Shown here: one piece after another, positions 36,653 to 46,759 of the stretch
Layout of the letters: every line of letters begins with the position of its first letter
Position numbering within the stretch: the first letter of the stretch is position 1
Assembly: GCA_035288925.1 (NCBI GenBank)
Contig: DATDYS010000013.1
Location: forward strand, 22,168-86,167
DNA length: 64,000 nucleotides
Direction of reading: 5' to 3'
Origin: Candidatus Nanoarchaeia archaeon
GTDB lineage: Archaea; Nanobdellota; Nanobdellia; Woesearchaeales; GW2011-AR4
The notes under the pieces: model-generated
The model's database searches: none
Seen by the model: the letters and a program-made list of their open reading frames with translations, nothing else
What the model was told of the DNA's origin: nothing
Position numbers and translations under genes: made by a program

Positions 36653-39600
36653 TTGAGATAAATTCTGTTCAGAATCTTGATGCAGAGATTTCCATTCCTG
36701 GCAGCAAGTACATAGCAAACAGGTTGCTGATTATATGCGCTTTAGCCAACGGAACTTCAGTTCTGAAAAATGTGCCTGACAATGAGGATATTAATAATTC
36801 CATAAAAGCCCTGCAGCAATTCGGAATCGAGATTGAAAAAAATAAGGATAATCTGACAATAACCGGAACAGGAAAATTAAAAGCTCCAAATAACGAAATA
36901 AATGTAGGCGACTCAGGAACTTTATTAAGATTTATAACTGCATTTTCCGCTCTTGCAAAAGGGAACACCAAAATTACCGGAAGCAAAAGGATTCAGGAAA
37001 GGCCTATTTCTGATTTATTAAAAAGCTTGAGTGATTTGGGCATCAAATCCAATTCAAAAAATGGAAATGCGCCTTTGACAATTACCGGCGGGAATTTAGA
37101 TGGCGGAAAAACGAAAATCAAAGGAAGCATAAGCAGCCAGTTCATCAGCGCTTTGCTGTTAATCTCGCCTTTTGCAAAAAATGATGTAGAAATAACCATA
37201 GATGGGGAGCTGGTTTCTTCTGGATACGTTGATTTAACAATTAATTTGATGAAAGAATTCGGAGTAAATGTGGAAAGAAGCGGAAGCAGATTCACAGTCA
37301 AGGCAAATCAAAAATATAAATCAAGAAATTTTACAATTCCATCTGACTGGGCCTCTGCAAATTATTTTCTGGCAGCTGCAGCAATTGTTCCGGGAACTGT
37401 GACAATTAATAATCTGGATTTTAAGTCAAAAGTCCCTGAATCAGGATTTTACAGGGTATTGGAGAAGATGGGCTGCAAAGTTTTGCTGGATAATAATTCA
37501 ATAAAAATAACTGGAACTGATAAGTTAAAGCCAATTGATGCAGATATGGGTTCAATGCCAGATTCAGCGCAAACCTTAGCTGTTGCTGCACTATTTGCAG
37601 ACGGGACGACAAAAATAAGAAATATTGGAAATTTAAAATTCAAGGAATCAGACAGGATTAATGATACTGCAACTGAATTAAGGAAATTGGGCGCAGATGT
37701 CGAAGTAAAAAACGACGAATTAATAATTAATAATAATTTAAAAAAACTAAATTTCAAATCGGCAATCATTGATTCCCATAATGACCACCGGATGGCAATG
37801 AGCTTTGCAGTTGTCGGATTAAGAATTCCTGGAATTAAAATAGATAATCCGGAATGCGCAAACAAATCATTTCCGCAATTTTTCGCCAAATTAAATAAAA
37901 TAACAGCAAAGAAACAGAAAAATATTGTTCTGATTGGGTACAGGGGAGCCGGAAAGACGTCAACGGCAATGGAATTATCAAAATTGACAGGAATGAATAT
38001 CATTAGCACAGATGAAGAAATCTCAAAAAAAGTCGAAATGCCGATAGCGGATTTTATCGATAAAAACGGATGGGATGAGTTCAGGAAAGCTGAAAATGAA
38101 GTAATTGAAAGCCTCAAAGATGCTGATGGAGTGATAATTGACTGCGGCGGCGGAGTGGTTGAGAATGAGAATAATATCAAACTAATAAAACAAAATGGAG
38201 TGGTTTTCTGGCTTCGTGCGCAGGTCAGCGTGCTTGCTGACAGGATTAAAGACACTAAAAACAGGCCCTCAATAACCGGAAAAAAATCCTTTATTGACGA
38301 GATTGACGAAGTCTTGAGAAAAAGAATCCCCTTTTACAGGAAAGCCTGTGATTTTGAAATTGATACCAGCAACGAAAATCCGCTTCAAATAGCCCAATTG
38401 ATAATAAAATTGTATTCAATTCAACCTGTGAAAACAAGAATATGCGCCGTGATAACCGCAGACAATGTGAAAGACGCGCTTAATGATATGAAAAAAGCGG
38501 AATCCTCGGATTTGGTAGAATTAAGGCTGGATTTCATCAAGAATATTGATGAAAACAAAGTTAAGGAATTAATGAATAATAAAAAACAAAGAATAATTGC
38601 AACACTAAGGCCAGTTAAATTTGGTGGATTATTCAAAGGAGAAAAGAAAGGGAGATTTGCATTATTAAACAAAGCAATTGAGCTCGGAGCGGATTTTGTT
38701 GATGTTGAATTCGGCTCTGAAATTGCCGCGGATATTATTAAGAATAAAAAATCTTCAAAAATAATAATTTCGCACCATGACTTTAATGAAACTCCGTCAC
38801 TGGAAAAATTGGAATCAATCTACAGCCAAATAGATAAGTTGAATCCTGATTTTGTGAAGATTGTAACGGCTGCAAATTCAATCAATGATAATTTTATAAT
38901 TTTTGATTTACTTAAAGGAAAAAATAATTTAATATCATTTTGCATGGGGCAAAAAGGGGAGATTTCAAGGATTTTAGCGCCAAAGTTCGGCTCTGCGGTT
39001 ACATACTGCAGTATAAATCAAAACAAAGAATCCGCTCCCGGGCAGATTACTCAGGAAGAAATGAATAATCCGTATCATGTTGGTTTAATCAATCCGCAAA
39101 CTAATGTAATTGGAATAATTGGAGAATTCGCCGAGAATTCAATGTCAAAGTACATGCACAATCCTAATTTTGTGAAGAACAACGCCAATTTTGTCTATGT
39201 CCCTTTCAAAGTGTCTCCAAATGAATTAAGCGAGTTCATGGATAATTTCAAGAAATTTAATTTTAAGGGGGCTGCTGTTACGATTCCGCATAAAGAAACC
39301 ATAATCGGCCTGATACACAATGTAAATGAAACTGCGGACGAAATCGGGGCTGTAAATACGTTGGTTAGGGATGACGAAAAAATCATAGGCTATAATACTG
39401 ATTATTACGGCGCCGTTGAATCATTAAAGGAGAAATTAAATTCAAAAGGAAAGAAAGTCTTGGTTATTGGAGCAGGAGGGGCTGCAAGAGCCGTTATTTA
39501 CGGATTAAAGAAAGAAGGGGCAGAAATTATAATAATTAACCGAACAGGAGACAAGGCAAAAGAGCTTGCAGAAAATTTTAAGGTTAGCTTTGACAAATTT

Positions 39601-39921
39601 GAGAATATAAAATCATTGGCAAGGCAGGCTGATGTAATAATCAACACAACCAGTTTGGGGATGACGCCATTTGAAAACGGATGCGCCCTGGAAGAAGATG
39701 AATTGCCGGAAGGAAAGATTGTCATGGATGTTGTCTACAAGCCGGTTATCACAAAACTTATTAAGCTTGCGCAAAAAAAGAAATGCAGGACAATCACTGG
39801 CGACAGAATGCTTATATACCAGGCAGTAAGGCAATTTGAATTATGGACGAAAATAAATCCTGGATTTGAAAATATGGAAAAAGAACTGGCAAAGGAAATT
39901 AATAAAAATAAAAAACAATAA
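36649..39921 (+). CDS. tetrafunctional shikimate-pathway fusion: EPSP synthase, shikimate kinase (AroK-type), 3-dehydroquinate dehydratase (type I), shikimate dehydrogenase. AROM-like domain order
   Basis: 1090 aa. The EPSPS N-terminal ~420 aa carry LGNSGT-like GDSGTLLRF. P-loop kinase IGYRGAGKTS. Type I DHQase segment ICAVITAD...LRLDF. SDH segment with GAAVTIPHK and GAGGAARAVIYGL. Overlaps the aroB stop by 4 nt. Confidence 0.8.
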   Translation: MIEINSVQNLDAEISIPGSKYIANRLLIICALANGTSVLKNVPDNEDINNSIKALQQFGIEIEKNKDNLTITGTGKLKAPNNEINVGDSGTLLRFITAFSALAKGNTKITGSKRIQERPISDLLKSLSDLGIKSNSKNGNAPLTITGGNLDGGKTKIKGSISSQFISALLLISPFAKNDVEITIDGELVSSGYVDLTINLMKEFGVNVERSGSRFTVKANQKYKSRNFTIPSDWASANYFLAAAAIVPGTVTINNLDFKSKVPESGFYRVLEKMGCKVLLDNNSIKITGTDKLKPIDADMGSMPDSAQTLAVAALFADGTTKIRNIGNLKFKESDRINDTATELRKLGADVEVKNDELIINNNLKKLNFKSAIIDSHNDHRMAMSFAVVGLRIPGIKIDNPECANKSFPQFFAKLNKITAKKQKNIVLIGYRGAGKTSTAMELSKLTGMNIISTDEEISKKVEMPIADFIDKNGWDEFRKAENEVIESLKDADGVIIDCGGGVVENENNIKLIKQNGVVFWLRAQVSVLADRIKDTKNRPSITGKKSFIDEIDEVLRKRIPFYRKACDFEIDTSNENPLQIAQLIIKLYSIQPVKTRICAVITADNVKDALNDMKKAESSDLVELRLDFIKNIDENKVKELMNNKKQRIIATLRPVKFGGLFKGEKKGRFALLNKAIELGADFVDVEFGSEIAADIIKNKKSSKIIISHHDFNETPSLEKLESIYSQIDKLNPDFVKIVTAANSINDNFIIFDLLKGKNNLISFCMGQKGEISRILAPKFGSAVTYCSINQNKESAPGQITQEEMNNPYHVGLINPQTNVIGIIGEFAENSMSKYMHNPNFVKNNANFVYVPFKVSPNELSEFMDNFKKFNFKGAAVTIPHKETIIGLIHNVNETADEIGAVNTLVRDDEKIIGYNTDYYGAVESLKEKLNSKGKKVLVIGAGGAARAVIYGLKKEGAEIIIINRTGDKAKELAENFKVSFDKFENIKSLARQADVIINTTSLGMTPFENGCALEEDELPEGKIVMDVVYKPVITKLIKLAQKKKCRTITGDRMLIYQAVRQFELWTKINPGFENMEKELAKEINKNKKQ

Positions 39922-40009
39922 TAAAAATACATTACGAAACTAACTACAATACGACTAAAAATTCAATACAATACTAATAATCATCAACGAAAAATCAAAA
40001 ACTTAAAAG

Positions 40010-41113
40010 GTGAATAAAATGCCGGGAAACTCGTTTGGAGAATCATTCAAAATAACAAACTGGGGCGAGAGCCACGGAAAGGCGATTGGAGTGGTCATAG
40101 ATGGGTGTCCGGCACTATTAGAACTGAATGAAGGTTACATACAAAAATTTCTTGACAGAAGAGCGCCAGGCCAAAGCGATATCACAACTCAAAGGCAGGA
40201 GCCTGACAAGGTGGAAATACTTTCAGGACTGTTCAACGGCAGGACAACAGGAACTCCAATCAGCATGATAATCTCCAATAAAGATTACAAAAAAGAAGAC
40301 TACAAGGAGATTGCAGCAGCCTTCAGGCCCAGCCATGCGGACTTTACGTACCAAAAAAAGTTTGGAATCAGGGACATGTCCGGCGGAGGAAGAAGCTCGG
40401 CAAGATTGACCGCAGGAAATGTCGCAGCAGGGGCAATTGCATACAAGATACTGAATGAAAGGTTTGGCGTTGAAGTGGTTGCTTATGTAAAGCAGATTAA
40501 AGATGTACAAGCTGAAATTGATTCTGAAAAAGTTTCAAAAAAAGACGTTGACTCAAACATTGTCAGGTGTCCGGACAAAACTGCGGCAAAGCAGATGATT
40601 GAATTAATTGAAAATGCAAAAGACAAGGGAGATTCCGTAGGCGGAATAATAGAATGCATCATAAGAAACGCCCCAATCGGACTGGGAGAGCCGATTTTTG
40701 ACAAGCTGGAAGCGGATTTGGCAAAGGCAATGCTCTGCATCAATGCAACAAAGGGCTTTGAAATAGGCTCCGGGTTTGAAGGGACTAAATTATTCGGCAG
40801 CCAGCATAATGATGCCTTCGTGATGAAAAACGGAAAAGTTGAAACAAAAACAAACAACTCAGGCGGGGTCCAGGGAGGAATTTCAAACGGAATGCCAATC
40901 ATCTTTAGAGTCGCATTCAAGCCCACATCTACAATTCAAAAAGAGCAGGATACTATTGACATCAAAGGAAAGTCAGTAAAATTAGCCGCTAAGGGGCGCC
41001 ATGACCCATGCGTTTTGCCCAGGGCAGTCCCGATTGTCGAGGCAATGGCTTCTCTTGTCCTGTGCGACCATTACTTAAGGCAAAGGGCGCAGAACGGTGA
41101 TAAATTTGATTGA
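40010..41113 (+). CDS. aroC: chorismate synthase
   Basis: 367 aa. GESHG, GRSSAR motifs. Confidence 0.9.
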   Translation: MNKMPGNSFGESFKITNWGESHGKAIGVVIDGCPALLELNEGYIQKFLDRRAPGQSDITTQRQEPDKVEILSGLFNGRTTGTPISMIISNKDYKKEDYKEIAAAFRPSHADFTYQKKFGIRDMSGGGRSSARLTAGNVAAGAIAYKILNERFGVEVVAYVKQIKDVQAEIDSEKVSKKDVDSNIVRCPDKTAAKQMIELIENAKDKGDSVGGIIECIIRNAPIGLGEPIFDKLEADLAKAMLCINATKGFEIGSGFEGTKLFGSQHNDAFVMKNGKVETKTNNSGGVQGGISNGMPIIFRVAFKPTSTIQKEQDTIDIKGKSVKLAAKGRHDPCVLPRAVPIVEAMASLVLCDHYLRQRAQNGDKFD

Positions 41114-42116
41114 TGAGCTAAGAAAGGCAATTGATGGGCTGGATGAAAAAATATTAAATCTGCTTTCCAAAAGGAAAAATTTAGCTAAGGAAGTTGCGAA
41201 ACTAAAGGAAAATCTGGACTTGCCTGTTTTTGACAAAAAAAGGGAAGAGGAAATATTAAAAAATATTTCCGGCAGGGCAAAGCAGTTGGGACTTGATGTG
41301 AATTCTGTTTCAGATGTATTTAACGCAATCTTCCGGGGCTCGAGAAGCGAGCAGCAAAAGCAGATGGGCAAAGTTGAATGCAGCGTCAAAAAAATAGGAC
41401 TAATCGGCTTTGGAAGATTCGGAAAATTGATAGTAAGGCATCTTTCAGGCGACTTTGATTTTTATGTTTATGACAGATTGGCAAACAAGAATGAAATAAA
41501 AAATAATAATGCAGTCCCATCATCACTAAAGGAATTATGCCGGCTGGATATTATAATCTTAGCTGTCCCAATTTCAGAGATTAAATCTGTTTTGAATGAC
41601 ATCAAAAATTTATTAAAAAAAGATGCATTGGTTGTGGATGTCTGCTCGGTGAAAGAATACCCTATTAAATTAATGAAAAATATTTTGCCAAAAAGCGTGC
41701 AGATTCTTGGGACTCATTCAATGTTCGGGCCCGATACCGCCTACGACTCATTGGAGGAAAAAAAAATAGTATTGTGCAAAGTCAGGATTCAAAATAATCT
41801 TTATCTGCAAATCAAAAGATTTCTTGAAAGTAAGCAGCTTGCAGTTATCGAGGCAACTGCGCAGCAGCATGATGCGGAAATGGCAAAATCGCTTGTGCTG
41901 ACTCATTTTATCGGAAGAGCACTTATGGATATAGGAGTTTCTGATATGGAAATTGATACAAAAAGTTACAGGGATTTGCTCAGAATTTTAGATACTGTAA
42001 AAAATGACACATGGCAGCTTTTTGAGGATATGAATAAATTCAACAAATATTCAAAAGGAGTGAGAAAGGATTTAATCAAGTCGTTAAGCAACGTGGAGAA
42101 AAAATTATCAAAATGA
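41097..42116 (+). CDS. tyrA: bifunctional chorismate mutase (AroQ) / prephenate dehydrogenase
   Basis: N-terminal AroQ helix [20 protein letters not shown], then the NAD-binding [10 protein letters not shown]. Confidence 0.75.
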   Translation: MINLIDELRKAIDGLDEKILNLLSKRKNLAKEVAKLKENLDLPVFDKKREEEILKNISGRAKQLGLDVNSVSDVFNAIFRGSRSEQQKQMGKVECSVKKIGLIGFGRFGKLIVRHLSGDFDFYVYDRLANKNEIKNNNAVPSSLKELCRLDIIILAVPISEIKSVLNDIKNLLKKDALVVDVCSVKEYPIKLMKNILPKSVQILGTHSMFGPDTAYDSLEEKKIVLCKVRIQNNLYLQIKRFLESKQLAVIEATAQQHDAEMAKSLVLTHFIGRALMDIGVSDMEIDTKSYRDLLRILDTVKNDTWQLFEDMNKFNKYSKGVRKDLIKSLSNVEKKLSK

Positions 42117-42931
42117 AAATAGCATACCAGGGAATCAAGGGGGCTTACAGCGAGGCAGCTGTCTACAAGCATTTTGGAGACAAAGCAGAATCTGCCGGGT
42201 TTGATACTTTTGAGGAAGTGTTTGAAGCAGTCAAATCAGGCAAAGTGGATTATGGAGTTGTGCCTGTTGACAACACAATAGCTGGAACTGTTGCTGCAAA
42301 CTGCGATTTGCTTTTAAAGCACGATGTTTATGTGATTGCGGAGATTTATTTGGATATCCATCATAATCTGCTTTCGCATAAAGGAACTTCATTGAAAGAT
42401 TTGAAAATTATTTATTCGCATCCCCACGCGCTGGAGCAGTGCAGGGAATTCATTAAAAAGCATAAATTAAAGTCAGTGCCGGAATATGACACTGCGGGAG
42501 CTGCAAAAATAATAAAGGAAAGAAACAAGAAAGACGAGGCTGCCATAGCTTCCGAATTCTGTGCCAAAATTTATGGTTTGGGTATAATTGAAAAAAATAT
42601 TTCAACTGCAAAGAACAACATTACAAAATTTTTTGTTTTTGTCAACAGCGATAAAATTCCCAAAAATATCAAGCAGGAAAAAACAAGCATTGTTTTCAGG
42701 ACAAAGCATTACCCGGGAGCATTGATCAACTGCCTTCAGAGGCTGGCAAAGCATGATATTAACCTGACCAAGCTTGAATCAAGGCCGGTTCCTGAAAATC
42801 CATGGGAGTATTCTTTCTATGCGGACTTTGAAGGCGGAGTCGAGGACGAAAAGGTAAAGCTTGCATTAAGCGAGATGGAAGCTTCTTGTGAATTCTTAAA
42901 GGTGCTTGGAAGCTATCCGAAAGGAAAATGA
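42113..42931 (+). CDS. pheA: prephenate dehydratase with C-terminal ACT domain
   Basis: 272 aa. PDT domain then an ACT domain with ESRP. Confidence 0.85.
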   Translation: MKIAYQGIKGAYSEAAVYKHFGDKAESAGFDTFEEVFEAVKSGKVDYGVVPVDNTIAGTVAANCDLLLKHDVYVIAEIYLDIHHNLLSHKGTSLKDLKIIYSHPHALEQCREFIKKHKLKSVPEYDTAGAAKIIKERNKKDEAAIASEFCAKIYGLGIIEKNISTAKNNITKFFVFVNSDKIPKNIKQEKTSIVFRTKHYPGALINCLQRLAKHDINLTKLESRPVPENPWEYSFYADFEGGVEDEKVKLALSEMEASCEFLKVLGSYPKGK

Positions 42932-43049
42932 CAGGGAACATTTATAAACAAAAAATCAATTCGAGTTCTTATCACGCCGGGGTCGCATAACCTGGTCAAT
43001 ATTCGAAGATGTTGAATCTTCAATATTCAGGAAATTGCGCAAGCCTGGA

Positions 43050-43125
43050 AAGCTTGTTTCCGAAAGGATATCTGGGTTCAAAACAACCTTTTCTTTTGCA
43101 AAGAAAAGCTTGACCAAAAGAAAGG
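43050..43125 (-). promoter_or_regulatory. inverted orphan copy of the trpB/aroB leader element
   Basis: The reverse complement reads CTTTCTTTTGGTCAAGCTTTTCTTTGCAAAAGAAAAGGTTGTTTTGAAC, near-identical to 31806-31850. Confidence 0.5.
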
Positions 43126-43262
43126 CACTCACGAGGTGGTGGGGCAAACCCCACTGGCTTAATGTTGCTTTCACACGGAAAGGTTGCTGAAATTCCCAGC
43201 TCCGGCGTTTTTAATTTTAATTCTTTGAGAGGTTATAGGCCAATTTTCAAAAGATATTACTG

Positions 43263-43970
43263 CTAAAATCCCCTGTTATTCCCCCATAAATGAATGTGCA
43301 GCCTATCGCTGAAATTAAAACCATGCTCTTTGCATAGTTCAATGAGCCATCTGCTTCTTTCTCTTATAGTTTCACTGTTATCCCCTTCAGGCATCAAGTA
43401 AACTTTGCCGGCTGGAATTGCAAGCTGGGTTCGCAGTTCAGAGACATCATCTAAATCCTCTGGAGATGCTACCACAAATTTTAATTGGTAATCATGCCTT
43501 GCCATAAATTTAGATAGTGCTTCAAGGTTTCTCATTAACCTTCTGTGCCTTGCCTCATACCTAGATCCTAAAGGAATACTGTTTTCCATTTTTGGTGATA
43601 TGCTCATATAAATTTGAGTCGGCAATTCCTTAAATATACTTCCATTGGTCTCCACTGTAACCTGATAGCCTGATTCTGTAAGCATTCTGGCAAGCTCAGG
43701 AAGATCCTTTTGTAAAAATGGTTCACCGCCTGTAATTACAACATGCCTTGCCGGGGTTTTTGCTGCCTGCCCCACTAATTCTTCCAATGGCACAAAACTG
43801 CCCTTAGGCTCCCACGATGTGTAGGGCGTGTCGCATTTTGTAACTTCCCCAGTTCTTTGGTCTCTCCACTCGCATCTTAAATTGCAGCCGGAACTTCTGA
43901 TAAAAAAAGATGGCACGCCTATATGTTTTCCTTCGCCCTGCACCGAGTAAAAAGTTTCTGCAACGTACAT
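43263..43970 (-). CDS. queE: 7-carboxy-7-deazaguanine synthase (radical SAM)
   Basis: 235 aa. FIRSSGCNLRCEW...C cluster, TGGEP. Confidence 0.85.
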   Translation of the reverse strand: MYVAETFYSVQGEGKHIGVPSFFIRSSGCNLRCEWRDQRTGEVTKCDTPYTSWEPKGSFVPLEELVGQAAKTPARHVVITGGEPFLQKDLPELARMLTESGYQVTVETNGSIFKELPTQIYMSISPKMENSIPLGSRYEARHRRLMRNLEALSKFMARHDYQLKFVVASPEDLDDVSELRTQLAIPAGKVYLMPEGDNSETIRERSRWLIELCKEHGFNFSDRLHIHLWGNNRGF

Positions 43971-44086
43971 AAACCTAAGGATAGGCGACCAATATTTAAA
44001 TTTTTTTAATTATTACTACTTGGGAGTTGAATCACACATAAGATTTATAAGTTAATCATCATTAATATCACTTTCTTGGGGGGTTT

Positions 44087-45043
44087 ATGCAGTATGAAAA
44101 ATTAGTTGAAATATCTGACAGAGTGCTCGTTTCGCCTAGGGACATAGAGCAAATGCTCTTTATCTTAAGAGGAGGCCCTACAAAACAGATTGAGATTCAA
44201 AGGAGACTGGGTTTTCCAAAATCGGCTATGCAAATTCTGCCGGTTGAGCTTAGCGATTTAATAACCAGGGAAGGGGACCGGTTCAGCTTAAGACAGAACG
44301 CTCAAGATGAAGTCGATGAGCTGCAAAGCAGAAGGGCGGGCTTTGATGCGCAGGTTGAGGCAAGATTAAGCTATGCAGTTGAAGAATTAAAATCGGTAGA
44401 GCAATCGAGGGACAGGTCTTACAGAAATTTTGACCAGTTCAGGGCTGTTCCGGAATCAACTGTTGCTAAAGTAGGCCTGATATATCAGCGCGGTGATTTG
44501 GAGTCAAGAGATATAATCCTTATTGGTGACAATGATTTAGCTGCGGTTGCGGCAGGATTTACAGGCGTTCCAAAAAAAATAACTGTCCTAGACATAGACA
44601 AAAAAATTCTTGATTTATTGGAGGAATTAAACAGGCAGCACTCTCTAAATATAGAAACTGTATGCTACAACGCGAAAAGCCCATTTCCGAACAGCTTAAA
44701 ATCACAATATTCTGTTGCAGTCACAGACCCGCCTTATACGCCTGAAGGGATCTCGCTGTTTGTGTCAAGATGCATTGGGGCATTGGGGAGAAAAAATGGA
44801 GTTATTTACCTTTCATATGGGTATAGCCCTAGAGCTGCTGAAAGGGCATTGCCAATTCAGGACGCTCTGACTAAAATGGGGCTGGTGATTGAGGAAGTAA
44901 AGCCGGGCTTCACAAAATATTATGCTGCACAGTCAATCGGATCATCATCTGCTCTTTACGTGTGTAGGATGACGCCAAGGTCTAAACCAATTATCAGCGG
45001 AAAGTTTACCGGTGACATTTATACAAAAACAAGGCCTAAGTGA
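44087..45043 (+). CDS. DUF43 / BpsA-like aminopropyl- or methyltransferase-fold protein with N-terminal winged helix
   Basis: 318 aa. GDNDL in place of GxGxG; TDPPYT motif. Family assignment is from recall of DUF43/BpsA motifs only. Confidence 0.45.
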   Translation: MQYEKLVEISDRVLVSPRDIEQMLFILRGGPTKQIEIQRRLGFPKSAMQILPVELSDLITREGDRFSLRQNAQDEVDELQSRRAGFDAQVEARLSYAVEELKSVEQSRDRSYRNFDQFRAVPESTVAKVGLIYQRGDLESRDIILIGDNDLAAVAAGFTGVPKKITVLDIDKKILDLLEELNRQHSLNIETVCYNAKSPFPNSLKSQYSVAVTDPPYTPEGISLFVSRCIGALGRKNGVIYLSYGYSPRAAERALPIQDALTKMGLVIEEVKPGFTKYYAAQSIGSSSALYVCRMTPRSKPIISGKFTGDIYTKTRPK

Positions 45044-46759
45044 ATGTTTATGCAGGAAGAATTTATAATCGGAATAAATGGATGGCAAGTCAGAGGCCAT
45101 GATGCTTCAGCAGCATTGATTAAATGCAAAACTGATGGCTTAGTGGAAATAGTTGCGGCTGCGGAGGAAGAACGATTTTTGGGTGTTAAGCATGCATATG
45201 ACACTTTGCCACTACACGCTGTCCAATTCTGCTTAGACGCAGCAGGAATTCAGCCGGAGGATTTAAGTTCTATTGCAGTTCCTTTTGAATATCCAAAAAT
45301 ATATGAAACACGGGGCTTAAGGTTTGATGTCAGTAATTCAAAATTAAGGAAAATCCTGTTTCCAAATCTTACACAAGCCAATAAGCCAGAAATATTTTAC
45401 GTGAATCACCACCTTGCCCATGCAGTCAGTGCATTTGCCCCATCTATGTCAAACTCCTCTCTTGTAATGGTTATAGACGGGCAAGGGGAATTTGAATCCT
45501 CAACGATATGGAGTGTAGGTAACAGAGGAAAACAAATTCAAAAAATTGCATCTTCAGATATTGCATCTTCACTAGGGTATTTTTATGAAGCCCTGACAGA
45601 ATTTATAGGATTTCAGCCGAACGAACCGGGAAAAACAATGGGCCTTGCCCCATATGGAAATCCGGAGAGATATAAAGGGAAGATTAATAATTTATTTGTT
45701 GTTAATGGAGGGGTAATCACGGTGCAGGGCCCGGAATTAAAATTTGGTTTGGCTGTCGGAGATTATCTTCCAATAGATGAGCAGCATCAGGTAAGATTGT
45801 TCTGGTTAAAAAAATTTTCTGAGATAACTGGAATGAACCCTAATGACAACTCCAGGAAGTATTCATTTAGAAATTTCCCTAAAGGCTATGCAGATTTGGC
45901 TGCATCTGGACAAAGAGTTCTTGAAGAAGTTGTAGTTACATTAGCGGCTCAGGCACAGAATTTAACACAATCAAAAAATGCCGGCATTGCAGGCGGTGTT
46001 GGATTAAATTGTGTAGCAAATGGGCTAATCGCTGAATCAGGGCTTTTTGACAGAATATATGTTCAGCCCGCATCAAACGATGCCGGCACATCCTTGGGGG
46101 CGGCATTAGAGGTAGCCAGACAAAAAGGTTATGGTATTCACAATGTGCCTATGGCCCCTTACCTGGGCTTAAGTGTTAGTAATCAGGATATACTAAAAAT
46201 TTTGACAAGATCCAATTATAATTTTATTATTTGTGATGACGCCTACAGATTTATCGCTGACCTAGTAGCAAATGGTAAGGTGGTTGGATTATTCCAGGGA
46301 AGAGCAGAATTTGGCCCTAGGGCATTAGGCAACAGGTCATTTATTGCAGATGCCAGGCAGGCAAGCATGCAGGATTATATTAATCAGCATGTAAAGGGCA
46401 GAGAAGAAGGCAGGCCGCTTGCACCTGCGGTTCTGGATTCAGATTCTGAGTACTTATTTGGCCAAACTGTAAATGCGCCGCATATGACAGTGGCATATCA
46501 AATCCAAGAGGGATTGGACGCAGTCACGCATGTTGACGGCACGACAAGGCCGCAGATAGTAACTGCTGCATCCAATAGCTCGTTTTACCGTCAGCTGCAG
46601 GCGGTTCAGAATAAGATAGGGATTGGTGCAGTAATCAACACTTCATTAAATTTGAATGGCCCGATAGTAAATACGCCTCAGCAGGCACTGAGATTATTGG
46701 AAACAACGGGAGCTGAGGCAATTGTATTCAACAACAGATATTTGGTGAGGCGAAAATGA
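45044..46759 (+). CDS. carbamoyltransferase (NodU/CmcH/TobZ family)
   Basis: 571 aa. HDASAAL, HHLAHAVSAF. ASKHA/Kae1-like N domain with a YrdC-like C-terminal region. Confidence 0.75.
   Translation: MFMQEEFIIGINGWQVRGHDASAALIKCKTDGLVEIVAAAEEERFLGVKHAYDTLPLHAVQFCLDAAGIQPEDLSSIAVPFEYPKIYETRGLRFDVSNSKLRKILFPNLTQANKPEIFYVNHHLAHAVSAFAPSMSNSSLVMVIDGQGEFESSTIWSVGNRGKQIQKIASSDIASSLGYFYEALTEFIGFQPNEPGKTMGLAPYGNPERYKGKINNLFVVNGGVITVQGPELKFGLAVGDYLPIDEQHQVRLFWLKKFSEITGMNPNDNSRKYSFRNFPKGYADLAASGQRVLEEVVVTLAAQAQNLTQSKNAGIAGGVGLNCVANGLIAESGLFDRIYVQPASNDAGTSLGAALEVARQKGYGIHNVPMAPYLGLSVSNQDILKILTRSNYNFIICDDAYRFIADLVANGKVVGLFQGRAEFGPRALGNRSFIADARQASMQDYINQHVKGREEGRPLAPAVLDSDSEYLFGQTVNAPHMTVAYQIQEGLDAVTHVDGTTRPQIVTAASNSSFYRQLQAVQNKIGIGAVINTSLNLNGPIVNTPQQALRLLETTGAEAIVFNNRYLVRRK

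Noticed and set aside
37449-38255. 268-aa minus-strand ORF inside the aro fusion gene, and similar long antisense ORFs (51810..52529, 29793..30356, 40483..40926, 62778..63332, 63503..63922, 61135..61689)
   Set aside because: All are antisense to strongly supported genes and have low-complexity, Ser/Phe/Leu-rich products typical of AT-rich antisense frames.
42956-43174. 72-aa minus-strand ORF downstream of pheA
   Set aside because: It is built on the inverted copy of the conserved trpB/aroB leader element. Its KLFFAKEKVV stretch is a translation of that nucleotide motif, so it is more likely non-coding.
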